DNA of 64,000 nucleotides from Strigamia acuminata (taxonomy: Eukaryota): the NCBI GenBank assembly GCA_949358305.1, contig OX442314.1, positions 16,616,001 to 16,680,000 of the forward strand, read 5' to 3'. The position numbers and the translations under genes were made by a program. Under the pieces are notes generated by a model. It saw nothing but the letters and a program-made list of their open reading frames with translations. It made no database searches and was not told the origin of the DNA. Positions 1 to 15,277 of this stretch are shown here, piece by piece (the first letter of the stretch is position 1; each line of letters starts with the position of its first letter).

Positions 1-2
1 GC

Positions 3-1046
3 GTGTTACACAAATGTTTCGTGTGCAAGCGAGTGCAAGGACGTTTCGTGCGCCAGACAGAATCATCGTTGCCACCAGATCGTGTCACTCAAGCTGAGCC
101 ATTTCAAGTCGTTGGAGTCGACTTCGCGGGCCCATTGTACCAACGTAGTGGAGAAAAATGCTACATCGTCGTGTTCACGTGTGCGGTTGTTCGAGCCGTG
201 CACTTGGAATTAGTTTCAAGCATGAATACGGAGCGATTCATTCAGGCATTGAAACGATTTTTTGCGCGCAGAGGAGTCCCAAGCACGATCTACTCCGACA
301 ATGCGCTGACGTTCAAGCGAACAGAGAAAGAACTTTGTGTTTTGTTGAATGCAGTGAGAGGTGAACAGATACAAGGATTTCTGACCGAACGAGGCGTGAA
401 ATGGCAGTATATAGTCGAACGTGCACCGTGGTGGGGTGGCTTTTGGGAGCGAATGGTGAAGTCAACTAAGTCCAGCTTGAAAAAAGTCTTGGGAAAGTCA
501 TCCCTAGATTTTGAAGAATTGACAACCATTCTCTCGGAAGTCGAGTCGTGCATAAATTCGCGACCACTCTCCTACGTATACACTGAAGACGAAGACAGTC
601 ACCCACTCACTCCAGCTCATTTTCTGGTCGGAAAACGAAGCTGTACTTTGCCAGACCCCAGCCAAAAAACGATTCAACAGTTGCCATCGACATCAGTCAC
701 GATTTTGAAGCGTTGGAAACTCCGTCAACTGAAGTTAGGACATTGGTGGACGCGATGGCAAAAGGAATATCTCACCGAGCTGAGAGTTCACCGTAAAAAT
801 GATAAGAATTCACGAGAAGTTAAACAAGGAGATGTAGTTCTCGTAGAAGAGTTAAACCAGCCCAGGATGACCTGGAAAATAGGAAGAGTCGTTGAGATAT
901 TCCGTGGACGAGACGGTCGTGTTCGCGCATGTGAGATAAAGTTACCAGTCGGAAAGAACTTGCGTCGACCAGTACAGCGATTGTGCGTTCTGGAAACTCA
1001 CGACATGGAAGAGTTGAGTGGTGATACCACTCCGGCCCCAGTGTGA
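3..1046 (+). mobile_element. BEL/Pao LTR retrotransposon pol, C-terminal part (end of integrase zinc finger, DDE core, DUF5641-like tail); truncated by window start
   Basis: Uninterrupted 347-aa frame with CxxC, VGVDFAGP (D), YSDNA (D), APWWGGFWERMV (E), INSRPL, LTPAHFL, WQKEYL and GRDGRVR motifs typical of BEL/Pao integrases. Confidence 0.95.
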
Positions 1047-1325
1047 AAACTGGCGTTGTTAGAAGTAGCAAGGTCGCACGAGTTCGAGGGAAAGAGCACG
1101 GCGCAGCACAGAGAAGCCAACCTGCAGGAGGTGTTTTTGAGTGATATTGGATGACGCGTGACCGGAAGTGCTGTAAAAGTGTCATAAATTATCTTGTTTC
1201 ACCCTTTGTTCCCCTGAATTTGTACTTGTGACCCCCAGAAATTACAATAAACTTGTTCTTAACCCAAAAAAGACATGCTTTATTTCGAGAATTCATAAAA
1301 GTTAGAAAAGTAGTAAATTTACACA
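1042..1325 (+). repeat. Putative 3' LTR of the BEL/Pao element (about 284 bp)
   Basis: Begins TGTGAAAA, overlapping the pol stop; ends TTTACACA (inverted termini TGTG...CACA); internal AATAAA near 1246. The matching 5' LTR is outside the window. Confidence 0.6.
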
Positions 1326-4300
1326 GTTTTAGTCAAAATTAGTTACAAATCGACTTTGCGAATCTTCAAAGGTGGCATCACAATGGATTGCTAAGAATGG
1401 CATCTCAATCAAGCCGAATTTAATTCAATTAAACATATCGTGCAACAAATAAAAATAAAATTACTTTTTGTAATTAATTTTAAATTAAATTCAAACTTGT
1501 TACGTTGCAATTTGCAATGTAGATAAAATCATTCGTTTTCCTTTCGTATTCGTACAGCAATAAAATAAACTATTAAAAAAAAAAAGCGGTGCAAAATGAC
1601 GATTTTGTAAGTCTCGCTTTACTTAAGCTCAATCTCACTCTCTTTAAAATGTTGATAGTGCGGGCGAGAATACTTATCGACCACATTCGTGGCAAGCTCT
1701 CTTGCAGGATCATTTTCGGAATCATTTAAGGATAATATTACGTTTTCAAGTGCACGGCCAAGCAAAATTATATTCATAAACACTCGCATTTGTGATCAGC
1801 TTTGGCAAATGAATATACTGTGCGAAGGTGCGGCTGAAAATTTAACAGTTTTCATTATACCCACTGCAAATGAAACTGCATTACACATCGCGATTAATGC
1901 ACGAGTCTCTGCCTTAGTAATTTGTGGGGAGCAGAGCTAAGGTCGTGCTAGGGGTCTTTTTTCGCGGCCTTTCAGGTCGCAATAACTTTCGTAAGGTCAA
2001 AAACTACAGGATTCAAGCGCAATCTAGAATGATGTTGATGCGGGAGCACAAAACTTTGTTGGAAATAAAAATTTCGAATCATAAATTCACAATCTCAAAC
2101 TTCTTGCATTAAACTTAAACTTTCTCATTTATCTTTCAACTGCTTCCGCTCTACTGGGGCACATCTAATTATATTAAAGAAGTGCTCGTTAATTATATAA
2201 TTGGCAAAGTGACCTCAAGTTTGTGCACATTTCGTGCTTCTCTGAATATTCACATTGCGATTCTAATTTTATAATATTCCAATTGCTATCAGGAGCCAAC
2301 ATTCATTCTTTTCTTCTCTTTACACTTCACCGTCCATGTACATAAACTTAATCAAATCCCGAGCGCTTTTTATCTCAAGTTGATTCCAACCAACCCAGCA
2401 GAGAATCATGTATCGTCAGACCAATTACCGAGTCAATTGCTCGTCCAAATCCTTGCAACGCATAGTTCTCTGCAAGTACAGGTATCCGACAAGATTTTCT
2501 GGCCTTAAAGGCGTAATTACAGGGATGTAATTCACATTTTCTCAGCTACACGATATCGAATAAGCAGCTAGTGTGTGTGTTGCTACTTGGGCCTCGAACA
2601 CTGCATTAAATCAAGCAGGACTGCTAGCTTATTATTGCACGTATTTTATTTAATTAAAGCACGTGAGATGTGTATTCTTATGGAATAAAACATGGATAAT
2701 AAGGATGTTCTCTCTTCCAATTACACACACAGTCAATCATTTTCAAGCTGGAGATGCTCCAGCAGCGCTACATGGCATTTCAATAAAGTGTCTTGAGATA
2801 CTTGCAATGAATTATTTCACGTTGAAAAAAGTCACTTAAAGGGTTCGGGTGAAAGAAAGAAATATGGTATGGTCGTTTTATAAACATGAGTTATAAATGT
2901 TTTATTGAATAAGGAATTTTAATCTATGCATTTTACTCGAGTAAACGGGACGGTATTGCGTAATTTATAAAACATGAAGTTGTGTTGATGTAAATTATTG
3001 CAGGCGACAATATTTGTGACACAGAAAAAGGGAAATCGAAATGTCCCTTTTCCATTTTGAAGTTTGATTAATGCATCACAATTTCAGGTAAGCTGTGTTT
3101 GTGAATTTATGTCGCTTTTGATAAAGTATACGCTAAAAATTGAATTTTTTTTCCAAATGATTTTTCTTTCGCTTCAGTTTTGTGACTTAAAGAAATGAAA
3201 TTCGGAACATATTTGTTGCCAGCTATGTCATTGGCAAAGTTGGCATTTTATTTGCCAAATCTTAAATTCATTTTGCATAGCAGTCATTTCGGAAAATTGA
3301 AAGTCGAAATATATGTGACAAAAAAAAAAAAACGGGAAATATTATATAAAAATTGTATGACCACACAATCTCCGCTCTCTTTTTTCCAAAAATTCGTTCA
3401 TAAATCAGCATCTATTACGTTCCTGATTAGTTTCTTACTGGGAATACCGTACACATGCGTTTGGTCAGAGGATAAAAAAAGGAGGAATAAATTGTAAAAC
3501 TTTTTTGTACTCAATGACAAGTCAAACGTATACGGTATGTAAAATAAAAAACAAATAAAAAAGAATGATTAATGTCCACAATAAAACAAGTTTTTTTTCT
3601 CTTTGAAAATATGTTAAACCAGAAAAATCGTCCATTTATGGATATTCAAACTGGATATCAGTGAGCCTATTGAGCAGAAAAAAGCATTCCTAGCTCAGCA
3701 AACAAATAAATCGTAATGGAGGATGGCTTATCTGGAAAACAACCTCAAGCCATCCCTAAAAAAGGGCCACAGATAAGCTCGAAAATTTATAGTTTTAAGT
3801 ATAAGCAATGTCAAACATCTTTTTCCGAGAAATCTAAAACAACATTTTTTTTTAGTTGGCCTGCTTTTATTGTTTTCAACTTTGAAATCCAAAGAGCAAT
3901 TTAACGTTTTTTAAGCTCTGTAAGCACGTTTTTGTTTCTTTGTGTTCTCTTTATTCTCGAGTTAATTGTGAAGGAATAATAAGCAGACTTGCAATGACTA
4001 TACTTGTAAGTATAATAGCTATTCTTGACTAACTTCATTTTACCCAATTAACCAGGTGAAAGAAACATAAAACATGAGTCTATATCCTCAGAGCAACTTA
4101 GGTGAGAGTCATTTGGGATAGGACACTTCTTCAAGCAGTCTTCTCAGCACATTACAAGAAATAGAAAGGCTGATGCAGCACAAGAACTTCCTCCTTTAAG
4201 TAGTAAAAGTAGTTTGACTGTATTGTGTACAACATGCACGGACCATTGGCTTAATTTCGTCTGTAGAGTTTTTTTTTTGTGAAAGCATGGCATAAATTCC

Positions 4301-6869
4301 ACTTGGGTGGATGAGATTTGATTTTCTCCTTCTGCTCTTAATAATTTTCAAATTGAACATTGTTTTGAGAACATTTCTGGAGGGGACTTTTAATTTTGCA
4401 CCTGTTCCATTTTTCAGTGGAAATGATGGAAGAAAAAAAATTTTACACTTTTAATTCAGGCAGATTTTTTTCATTTCTAATTCAGGAAACGTTGCACATC
4501 CAGGCTTAGCCAATCTAGGATGCTGGCACCAGCTTAAAGGAAATTGCTTCTGTTTGAGCAAAAGAAAGGCGATGACATGCAATTAGCCTGCTGTACTCTA
4601 TTCCCATTGCTTTTAGTGTAGTACAAAAAAAAAGTCATTCCAACAAAATAGCCTCATGAAATAGACTGCAAGGTTGCAAATTGTTCTTTTTCCATTGCAT
4701 GATTTGTATGTTTCGGAGGTAGCAGTTAATGGCTTTTCTAATTTACAAGGTTTAATATAAGAAAAATTCACGTTTTTAATTATAATTTCATTTTCATTTC
4801 GTCTTTTTTTTTGTGCTCATTTTTGTTTCAATTTCAGAGATAATTTTAATTACTGAAGTGATAAAAAAAAATTAAACAAATACTGGTAGAAATTTTTAAT
4901 TTATCTCTTTTATGTTTCTTGAAAATGTGTGCTGTTTAACTATTGTAATGTAATCAGGCAAACTTTGCAGAACTGCCTCTTAATTATAACAAATTTTAGA
5001 GTAAACGAAGTACGGAGTATTGGAGTGAAATTGATTTTGCTAACAAACCATACAATTTCCACTAAATAGACTGATTTAAAGAGCATATGGTGCAACTGCA
5101 ACTACAATTAACAGCATTCCTGAAGAAAAAAGAAATAGAACATTAATTGAGCCGTTATTTAACTCAACTACTGACCTTAAAGTCAAAATATCCTAATAAT
5201 AATCTACGTACTCTAACTAAACCAGATATAAAAACTAGAAAGACCAGTAGGAAAGAAATGAACACTAAAATTGATCCAATTACCGAACTAAGCCTTTGTA
5301 AAGAGTAAAACATACACTAACCAATTTCTGCGTCTATAAAAGAGGATAAAAAAAGATTTTTCTATTACATTACCACCACACTTCCGGATTTTGGAAATAA
5401 AAATAAAGGCAATAATAAGCGCCAAAAGCCCACATTTGCAATTTATCTTATCAGATACTAAGCTAACATCTTTTTCCAGATAAGTGAGAAAATTGTATTT
5501 ATTTATCTGGAAAACCTCGTGTTAGCACGGCGTTAGTTGTTTGGTAAATTTGTACATTAATTACCCGTAATGCAGTTCGCTTATTGGTAAAAAAAAATTA
5601 CTGTTGATATATTAGAACTCCTAAATAAACCAAATTAAAAAATAGGTTACTTCTAACATCAACAAGGAGTGTTATTAAACCCAAGAATGCGTCATATTTG
5701 TTTATACTGAATTCTATTTGTGTGTCACTTTACCTACTAGTACATATGGCACTTTTACGCATACTCAAGTGTTTACATTGCAAATGGAAATGTGCAGAAT
5801 GCCCAAAATTTACCTCGTATTTACGGAATTAGTTTTTCGAAAAAGCATGTTTTTTTGCGCTTAACTGGAATGTTTACTTGATAAATTTTCCAGAAAAATA
5901 AAATTTGGGTTTTTAGTTTTTTGGAACCATGTAGACTTAGTAAATGATTGGATAATACGCAATAATGAATTGAAATCTTTCTCACACGTGTAATCCATCT
6001 TTGCCAAAGTTTGTAATTGATTCTCACGGGAAATAGAAGTGCGATATTTTTTTTTTATTATTTTATTACCAAAATTTCTTTTCTTTACATTTGATAAAAG
6101 ACTGCTATCACAAGTTGACGTTTGACAAATTCAAACTTTTCGATACGCTGTTACAGTTACATATTGCTGTAATGTCTTGGACCAATTTATCTCGAGAAAC
6201 AAGAAATACATCCTCATTGAATTTCTTTTTATTTTTGTTATATGTTAGTAGAAAATGGAAAGCTATTTACTTTCTCGTGAACCCTTAGTCTAGTCTATTA
6301 AATGACATTCCGAATGAGATGGTACCCCAAGAACCCTCTTAATCCTTACTTAATTGACAAAGTTTTATTACAAAAGCGGGCAAAATTTCTTTTGTAATTG
6401 TGATCACATTTTAACAAAATGACTCGAGTGTCATTGGTATTTGGAGAGAGTAACAAATCTTGTAGTCTCTCCCGACCAATGAGATTTTATTCAAACTATC
6501 AATGACACTGAAACACTTTGGCTCCATCTTAAGAGATAAATTGTACGAGAAAAATAAAGATGTGTGGTTTTTGACCTCCATTTTAATACGATTTGTAGGA
6601 ACACACTATTGAATTCTCTGAAGATTTGGGAAATATCGAATGCAACACCAAAGAAAGATTGTAAATAAAATATAGAAAATACAAATTTAATATTTGCTGC
6701 TGGCGGTCTCTGGTGGATGCATGCCGAAAGGTCAAACAAATTTTCAAAAAAATGTTTTAAGCTGAAGTGTTTGTTTCTAACTAGTGGAGACACAGCAAAC
6801 AAAAACACGAATTTCGAGTGTGTAAACAACATGAATTTTTTAAATTTAATACTTGAAAATAAACAAAGT

Positions 6870-6992
6870 TAGATTAAACAGCATTTTAAATAACTGCTTG
6901 TCGATCTAACTACAACAATGGCAGCCGATTTAGTCTGTTTTCAGTCGCAGTGGGCATGCGCACGATAAAACATGACTTTATGAACGCGCCTT
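6870..6992. repeat. Dispersed repeat of about 125 bp, copy 1 (probable transposon end)
   Basis: Core AATGGCAGCCGATTTAGTCTGTTTTCAGTCGCAGTGGGCATGCGCACGA is nearly identical to 12742-12790; flanks also align and end ATGAACGCGCCTT. Confidence 0.75.
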
Positions 6993-9900
6993 GTTGTTTC
7001 ATACGAAGCTGCATTCGAAAACTCAATTAGACTTAGACTCAACAACATTTTTGAAAAGGCTGTTTAAGTGCTCGTTTTCCTCCAAACTCGGAATGTAAAT
7101 TTTGTATTTATTTTAACTGGTCAGCTTAATTGTCCTTGTCTCAATCCAATTGTCTGCTTTCAGTCTTGAAGCGTATGCGCACAACTTTAAACTCCAAAAC
7201 AATTTAAACTGAAATTGTAAACATGCTTTTCTGCACGTTTGAATATTTTTCAATTTACAACTTTAGTTGTTCTTAAATGTATTTAGCCTGGTTTAAAGAA
7301 GATAAACAAGACTGAAGGACTGTTCAAATGCAGCTATGCTTTTTTGGACAGGGTTTTTTTCTCTCTTTATTTTATCTAAGCCGTTCCGTTTATCAAATCA
7401 GGTTCTTGCGCAGAAGGTCTGTTTACTGAAATGCATTTGACATCATCTCGTTGACTCTTGAATCCGGAAAACCATGACCGCATATTCTCTGGTTTGCTGT
7501 GCTCTTCTCTTGAGTTTTAGCCCTTTCCCCACTGCATTATTTTATCGATCGGATTAGGTTGAATTACAAGTTATAAAGTTTTCATGGCATAGGTCTGGTT
7601 TGAGGTAAATGTCAAGGAAGAAAATAAAATTCGAAAGATGGTATCATAACAGGGTTCGTCTGATAAATTTTACTGCATGAATTCGGAACGAAGGAGATAT
7701 AGTAATTGATTCGAATTTTTGATAGGGGGTCACAAAGAAAAAAATGTTATTAATAAAAGCGTGATAAATAACCGTACTATAAAATGCCATTAGCAGCAAC
7801 TTTGTATGTTATGCGGGAAGGTCGCAGTAGCAAAGACTAAAAAATTCCATTTTTTGTCTGCAGGCAATATTTTGAGTTGATGTGCTATGAAATGGAGTCT
7901 TCCTTCTCTATCTCCTTCAGATAAAACTTATCCCCTCAAGGCAGTACGTACTTGGTAAGTGTCTTGCAGCATTTAAATGCTCGTGGAATAGATTTTTTCT
8001 TTTTCTTTTTTGCTTTTTAGAAAGATATTTACAAGAATTTTAGATCAACTCTTATCTGCCCACGCCTCGATCAATCGCATTTCATTCTCATACACATGTC
8101 ACACAAAACACCAGTCTCAATGTCCTTACAGTAGCAACAAAAAAAAAATAAAAATAAAAAAGAAAGAAAAGAAGATTTTTTATTTTTTAAATTTATTTTA
8201 TTTTTATTTTTTATTTTTCTAAATCATTGCTTTTTAAAAGTATTGATTAGAAATTTCTTAGTCAACAACGGATTTTTTTTGTGCTTCTTTTTTTCGTGGG
8301 ATTTGATCCAGAGAAAACAAGCAATCACGGACTAACCTGGAAGCAGTGTGCTGGATTGTGATGTCTCACTCTGTGGGATGAATGGCCCTTGTGTGTGCCG
8401 TCACCCATCCAGAGCTGGTATAGATCTAGTAGAAGAAAAAAAAAGTTCTAGATGTGATCGTTCTTTCAAGTTATTGGCTTATTACTTAAAGCGAACACAA
8501 TCAAATGCAATTGCATTGGTTTGCAAACGTACAATATTCCGTAATTTTGTGATATACATTTTTTTTAATATTGGGAGTTTTTTGTTTTTTTATTATTTAT
8601 TTTATTATTAAATTTAACTCGGTAGTGCTGGTTGTGTTTACATGCCTCATGTTTGTGGATTTCGGGTGTGTGTTGTTTACTTTGCTTCCACAACAGCAGA
8701 CACGAAGTAATGTGTGGACGTGATATATTTTCTGGCATCGTGCGACCTAAGGCTGATTTATTCGTAAGTTGTTAGGTATACATAGAAAAAAATTAATGGA
8801 TTATGTTTAATCTCAGCAAGAGAGCGAGAGAGCGTTTAGGTTGAGTTTGAATAAGGGAAATCTTAACCTTTGCCAAGTTTGGATTTCTTTGTTAGGGAAA
8901 GTTGTGGAAAATGTTTGTTCCACAGACACAATGAAAATCCATCTTTGATGATTGATTTCCTCTTCAACCTTTTCATGGAAATATCCACTTTACAATACAT
9001 GTAACTTCCGATTTGACAGGTAATAGGCATTTGATTCGAAGGAAATACGTGACAATAATGTAACCAAAGCGTCATATTTCATATATCCTGTCTGAGTTGC
9101 GCGTTCTTTTCACTATTCTTGTTTACAAAATACGGGTGGTTTAGGAAAACACAATTTTAATGACAATTTATAGCCGGGACAGTAAATTTCACGTTCTTTT
9201 ATGAGATGCAACACTTTGAACACTCAATTACTGATTCAAACAAGCTCTTATGAGCAAGAAAAAAGAAAAAGAGCCAAAAGCAGAGGAGAATTTAAGAAAG
9301 AAGAAACCTAATTTCAATTTGAATTGTCTTTTCAAATGAGTATGCTTTGCTCTTAATGTCGTCTCCCATAATTAACCCATTAATCTTTCTTTGAATACTG
9401 ATTTATTATATTTAATCTTGTATAATTTACTACACTCATTAAAACATTCTTCTTGCCACTGCATCTACACTTGCTTTTACACATTTTATTGCTGGTCGCG
9501 AGTTTTACATTAAGAATGTAAAACAAAATTAAAATGGGCGACAGAAAAATCTGTAACAAATGAAACATCGCTTAGCTATAACACTCGTTTGGTATTCAAC
9601 AAGATCCCGTCTAATTAGAAGGCAGCTGGCTGCACTGGCCAAGGAACTAGGCTTACAAACAAACAGCTTCCTAATGACAGGTTAGCTGCTGTTTACAGTT
9701 GCGCATCTAAACACTTGTAAGTAAGAATTAAAATAGCTGCAGAAAGTAATTAACGCTGCAAATCGTGGTAGGTTTTATTAACACGTGATGCATTCGGAAA
9801 TAAGTTAAAGCATATCTAGAACGCATTAGACACGGATTTTGTTTTTCACATGTTTTTTGCTTCGGTGTTGAATGTGTGCAGCATGCTGAGTGCAATGCGA

Positions 9901-12699
9901 TGCGCAATATTTAAAATGGTGCAATATAAAATTTATAAAAGGTTTCCCGAAAATGCAAAATATCATTGCGAGTCAGTAACGTACGTGCGTGTTAGAAAAC
10001 AACGAAAGATTGATTTATTACAGATCAAACAAGATGGTGAAAAATTTACGGGAGCCAATCCGTAAACCCTTACAGTAACGGTAGGGAAGTGGACTGAAGG
10101 CAGGGGTCAACGTCCGGTGCCCGAGAGTCATAATCATTAATATTTTGACATTTTGTTTATCTTTTTTCGACAGTATTGTTTGGATTAAACCTTGTTTATT
10201 ATTCATGGACACAAACAAAAGGATTTTAAACACATGTCGACCTTGGCACTTTTCAGCTCGTAAAATTAAAAACACGACAACAAAGATCGATCTATACTCG
10301 AAGGCTTAATGTTGGTGGCGAAAGAAGAAATTCGCTTTTGTTATTTTATCAAAAATTAAGGAATAAAATGTGGCCGTTATAGTTTGCTCACACAAATCCC
10401 TCGTGAAACTATTGACAAATTATTGATCACGGATTCCAAACGTCAACAGAACTAATCTTCGGTTTTGATCTAGTCAATACATTTTCTTTTTTTCATTTTT
10501 TCCAATTAAATTTATTGTCCAAACGTCATAGACTTTAATATTTCGTTTTGTTTTCTAAGCTTACATGCTCTCACATGACTGCTAGGATGAAGTAATTGTA
10601 TTTTTGATAGGATTTCTGCTTCCAGAGTGAGACGGTTCTAAATAAATGTGTTATTTTACTATCATCCATCTGCCTAGAGCTAAGCTTTCTTGATTTGAAG
10701 GGGAAATTACTCGGATGACAGCACGTATTAGCAATGATATATTAAGCTACAGGAAATAGTGCATTTCATAACGCATTTTTATTATGGAAATACAAGTTAA
10801 TTCAGTTTTTCAATAAATTTACTCTAGTTTTGCATTCACGTTGACGTCTCTCGCTCTATTCCGGGTCGGTTCGTTTCGCCGACTTCATTTCAAACTGTCC
10901 CTGGATCGTTTATTCATATTTACTATGGGAAGGAACTATTCACACATTATATATAAAGTGTGACACATTCGGGTAAATTTATTTCCGTTTTGAACGGCAT
11001 AATTCTCGGCCTCCCCCTTTTCCATGCAATTTTCTTCGTACTTTGGTGATGCACATGATTATGCACATTTTGCTTGTACGACAGAAATTCATATTGACGT
11101 ACGAAAATGGAAAAAAATTAAAGGAGTTTCAGTTTTCTGTTCATTTTCCTCTAACTTTAACGGCACAAATTTTCAATCGACCACGATGCAACACTTCTTA
11201 GGCATAAAGTGTTGTGAAAGCTGTCGAATTTTTTTTCTTACCAAATTACCAAGTTAACTTTAATATAAAAATCGTTGAGGTTTGGGTGCAAAGCTTTAAC
11301 TATTGATTCTAGCTTCCTGGTTTCCCTCGTGGAGAATTCAGTGATGAAATGGCTGCTTTTATGCTTAAATGAGACCAGATAACCTTAGGGAAAATTGTGA
11401 ATTCCTCCCACAGTTCTCTCCTGTCAATCACTGAATGCTTGTGTGCAGACACATATTGATCGATTCAAAAGAAACATCTGCATATGTAACCAGATTTTTT
11501 TTTCTCTCTCTGCTTTAAAAGCCCCACTTCATTTCCATTTTTTCACCATAAAAATTGCTTTAGGAAATAAGGTGGTAATTAAACTCAGGTTTCCTATCCC
11601 CGTCCCATAGTGTTGGTAACAACAAGAAATAAGACAAAAATTGGATTAACAACACGTCTTAGCAAAAGCACTTGGAATCAACTTCTTTTCTTTATTTTAT
11701 TTTTTTTTTAAAAAAAAATATTTTTTCTACTAAACTTAATTTATGGAAAGCATCGTACAAATTTATTTTTTAATCAAATTATTAAGAAAATCTATTTGCC
11801 TAACATTTATAAAACTTGATTTACAAAGTTAGATTTATTATTCAACCAACAGCTTTAAAAAAAAAAAACTTTTCTTGTTATTTACTTTTTTATATTTTGT
11901 ATTATGGGCCTGATATTATATTCACTAATCCGTCCATAAAATATTAAGTCTTCAATCTATCATCAGTCTTAAAACGTTGACAAGATTGATTTAAAAAAGA
12001 GGGGGGGTGAGGGGGAGGGTCTGCGTTTGAGTAGATTGAAGATTATATTTGCAGTTGCAGCTAGCAAAGCTTGACTCTTAGGAAATGTAAAGGAGATGCA
12101 TTTTTATAACACTTTAAGCTACTATTGAAGAAAATGGAAAATACCTATTTACTTTCGGCCTTTTATGATCCTCTGCGAAATGAGATTTTTAAAAACAAAA
12201 AAAAAATTTATAGTTATGTGACACAAACAAGTCATCAATTTAAACTAATCATGTAATGGTTATTAGACTGTAATGTATACATAGGAACTCTATTTAGATA
12301 ATATTCACTGATAATAATTGAAGCCATACAATTGCATTAAGCGAGTGAGAATATTGAATTAACGGTGGAAAATGATACTGTGATACCAAAGTAGAATGCA
12401 ATTTCCACCCCTCACCACTTAACGGGTTTTCATCTGTTCTTTGCTTGCTCAAAGCACCATACCATTCCTAGTTCACCGTCTTAAAATGATTTTACTGGAA
12501 ATGAAATTCAAGTACGGAAAGTGCTCATCATTTGGTGCACTTCTTTTCACAACCCATTAATGGCGATAGCCCCAATTCAACAAACAAAATGTATTTTTCT
12601 AACAACAATTATATATAATTATAAACACTTATTGTCGGGTTAAAATAGAAAATAGTTTAATGAGATGTTGACCGACCACCAGGATTCATAAAGTAATTT

Positions 12700-12840
12700 G
12701 GACTAAACGGCATTTTTAATCTTCTCGATCTAAATTCCAAAAATGGCGGCCGATTTAGTTTGTTTTCAGTCACAGTGGGCATGCGCACGACATTTAAACA
12801 ACAAAACATGTTTAACTGCACGTTAAATGAACACGCCTTT
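12700..12840. repeat. Dispersed repeat, copy 2
   Basis: AATGGCGGCCGATTTAGTTTGTTTTCAGTCACAGTGGGCATGCGCACGA ... ATGAACACGCCTT, same orientation as copy 1. Confidence 0.75.
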
Positions 12841-15078
12841 AGTAATTTTGGTGAGAACAGATTTGCAAATTACACAATTGTAATTCTTTAGTTACTACCA
12901 ATCTGTATGCTGCCATAGATCTTTGGAGGTTGAGTAAAGATCACTCAATCCTGAGCAGATGGTGCAATCTGTAGCAACTAATTCCTCATTAAATTAACAT
13001 GGAAACCGACAAACGCCTGTGGCATTTTAATAAAGTGCAATCACAGTTGTTTAAATTCTCTGCTTGATCACAGTTAAAAAAAAATAAAAAAAAAAAAAAT
13101 AAATAAGAGAGACATTTTGTTACTTAAGGAAAACACAGAAAAAATTTTTGTAAAAAAATCAGGCACCTGTAAGTGCGGAATTGCCAGTGCTTAAACAATT
13201 GTTTATTCTTAAAATTGTTGTTTACTAATTACAAAAAAACAAAATAAAATAAAAATACGACGTTTTCCCTGCATTTGCAAAGCTTACTACGTTATTATAT
13301 TATTATATTTTGATTACTAATAATTATTTAACTACCGGTATTGTTTAAATGATGGAATATTCGGCCCGTGTACATTTTTCATTTTTCCTGCTTTAAATCA
13401 ATATTTCAGAATTTTGAATAATGATCGGTTTGAAAGTGGTAGCAGCGAATTATCATCGGTGCATTAAGTTTCTATGACACAATCTACAACACCGCAAGGA
13501 TGTTCACCCTGCACCTTATTGACAATTTATACAACAAACATCTGTCAATAATGAAGATGTAAGGCTACCTTAATCGCCTCAACACTGATACATCATTTAA
13601 CATCACAGCGCCACCAACTCCCAACTATCTTATCATGGTAATCAGACACATTGTCAATTAAGCGCCCTACACCGTGCACAACCTGTACTTTCATTGCGTA
13701 TATTCTCGCCCCATTCTTCATTTTCACACCGATAACTGGATTTACCCTCACAGAAATGTTTGCCCGAAACTCTAGCTCTACCGCGACGCACAATGTTTGA
13801 GTGTACAAACCTAAGATTTCAATTTTCAATCCCACTGCTGGACAAGGACAAACACGTAAAGCTCGGAGTAGGTTATTGAATTACTGTTGATCTGTAGCGG
13901 TGTTTCTTTGATGTTCTAATGCAAATAGGGCAATGAGGACACTGCAATCAATGCGAAAGGAAACATAATGAAAAAGCTGTTATTTATTCATTTGCATTTT
14001 TCCAGGTGACGCAAGAGCAAATCAAACGATAAAATGTTTAATAGTCATTTGAAAAAGGCTTAACAATTTGAGTTATTTTCACTTTTTTAGATAATCTTAA
14101 AATAAAGATGAAAAGGAGGATGGCGAGAGTAGTTTTTGAAGTCAAATATGAATTCTTCTTTAAGGCAAATGTTTCAGAAATGTATTTCGATTTGATTTGA
14201 ATCGACCTGTTGGGGGAATAGGAAGAAACGTTTGAAGCTTTTCAATATTACTTTTTTAGGTTTTCAATCAGAAGATTTCTGTTGAGTCTCATAATGCTTT
14301 ACTTTGATTATTATTTTTTGTTGTAGCATTAAACTAATTTGCTTAACTATTATCGCATTTTTGTATTTTAATTTCGAAAAAGAGAGAGAAAAAAAATTGG
14401 AATAATGAGAGCTAGATGTTTGTTTACTATGTTGTGTTGTTTGCCTAAGCTTTTACCAGTACATCAAAATTAATTGGAATTAATGAGTATAAACACGGAA
14501 AGCAAATACAGAATAAAGGGTCATTTAAACCAAATCGCACATATCACTTTAAACTTTATGACAGTCGTAAAAGAAAGTGAATTTATTGCAACTTACATAT
14601 TTTGGGTATTATACTTAAGGAAAGAACAAAAAAAATTCAATTATAGCAGTTTCTATTCAGCCTTGTATACCTGTCACATATGCTTTCCTAATAACCATAA
14701 TAATCACCTTAATTTAATTAACTTTGCATGCATTAGCAACTCATGATATACTTTGCCAACAATCTCCACCATTGCTGAATGCTAATTTGTTTATTATGTC
14801 ATGTGCGAATGAGCAATCCATAGTTTGGGCCTGCCAAGATTTCAATTTTAAGCAACATTTTGCATAATTACACGGAATGATTGGTAAAAAGTAAAAACTC
14901 GAGCCGAAATGACTTGTAGATTGACAGCAAAGCATCGACACTGTTTATTAGTCAAGTTTAAACTAACGGCATTTGAAGAGGGATGATTTATACGATGCGG
15001 CTGCCAACTTATCGTAAATTTATTTAATATTTAACAATATGTGCCATAAATATGATGTAAGACACACGCTTCACTCAC

Positions 15079-15277
15079 CTTTAATACAATGCAAGCAGCG
15101 TCGTTAACGACTGGTGACTGTGAGCGTTGATCGGTCACCAGAAATTTGCTGTATCCACACACACACACACTTGAGAGGGATGTTTATGATACAGTGGCAC
15201 CTTTTGCGTGTTTGATGTTCCCAAGCCAGCATTCGGCACCAAGGATGGGTGCCCAAGCTCTTGTGTGTGCCTTTATA
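15079..15277 (-). promoter_or_regulatory. Candidate TATA promoter and non-coding first exon of an unidentified minus-strand gene
   Basis: TATAAA at 15277-15272 (minus) in a GC-richer island, followed about 200 nt later by a consensus donor AAG|GTGAGT (15078-15073). Confidence 0.35.

Noticed and set aside
10513..10532. Partial resemblance to miR-219 (TTGTCCAAACG)
   Set aside because: Seed mismatch and no precursor hairpin; no conserved miRNA was recognised in the window.
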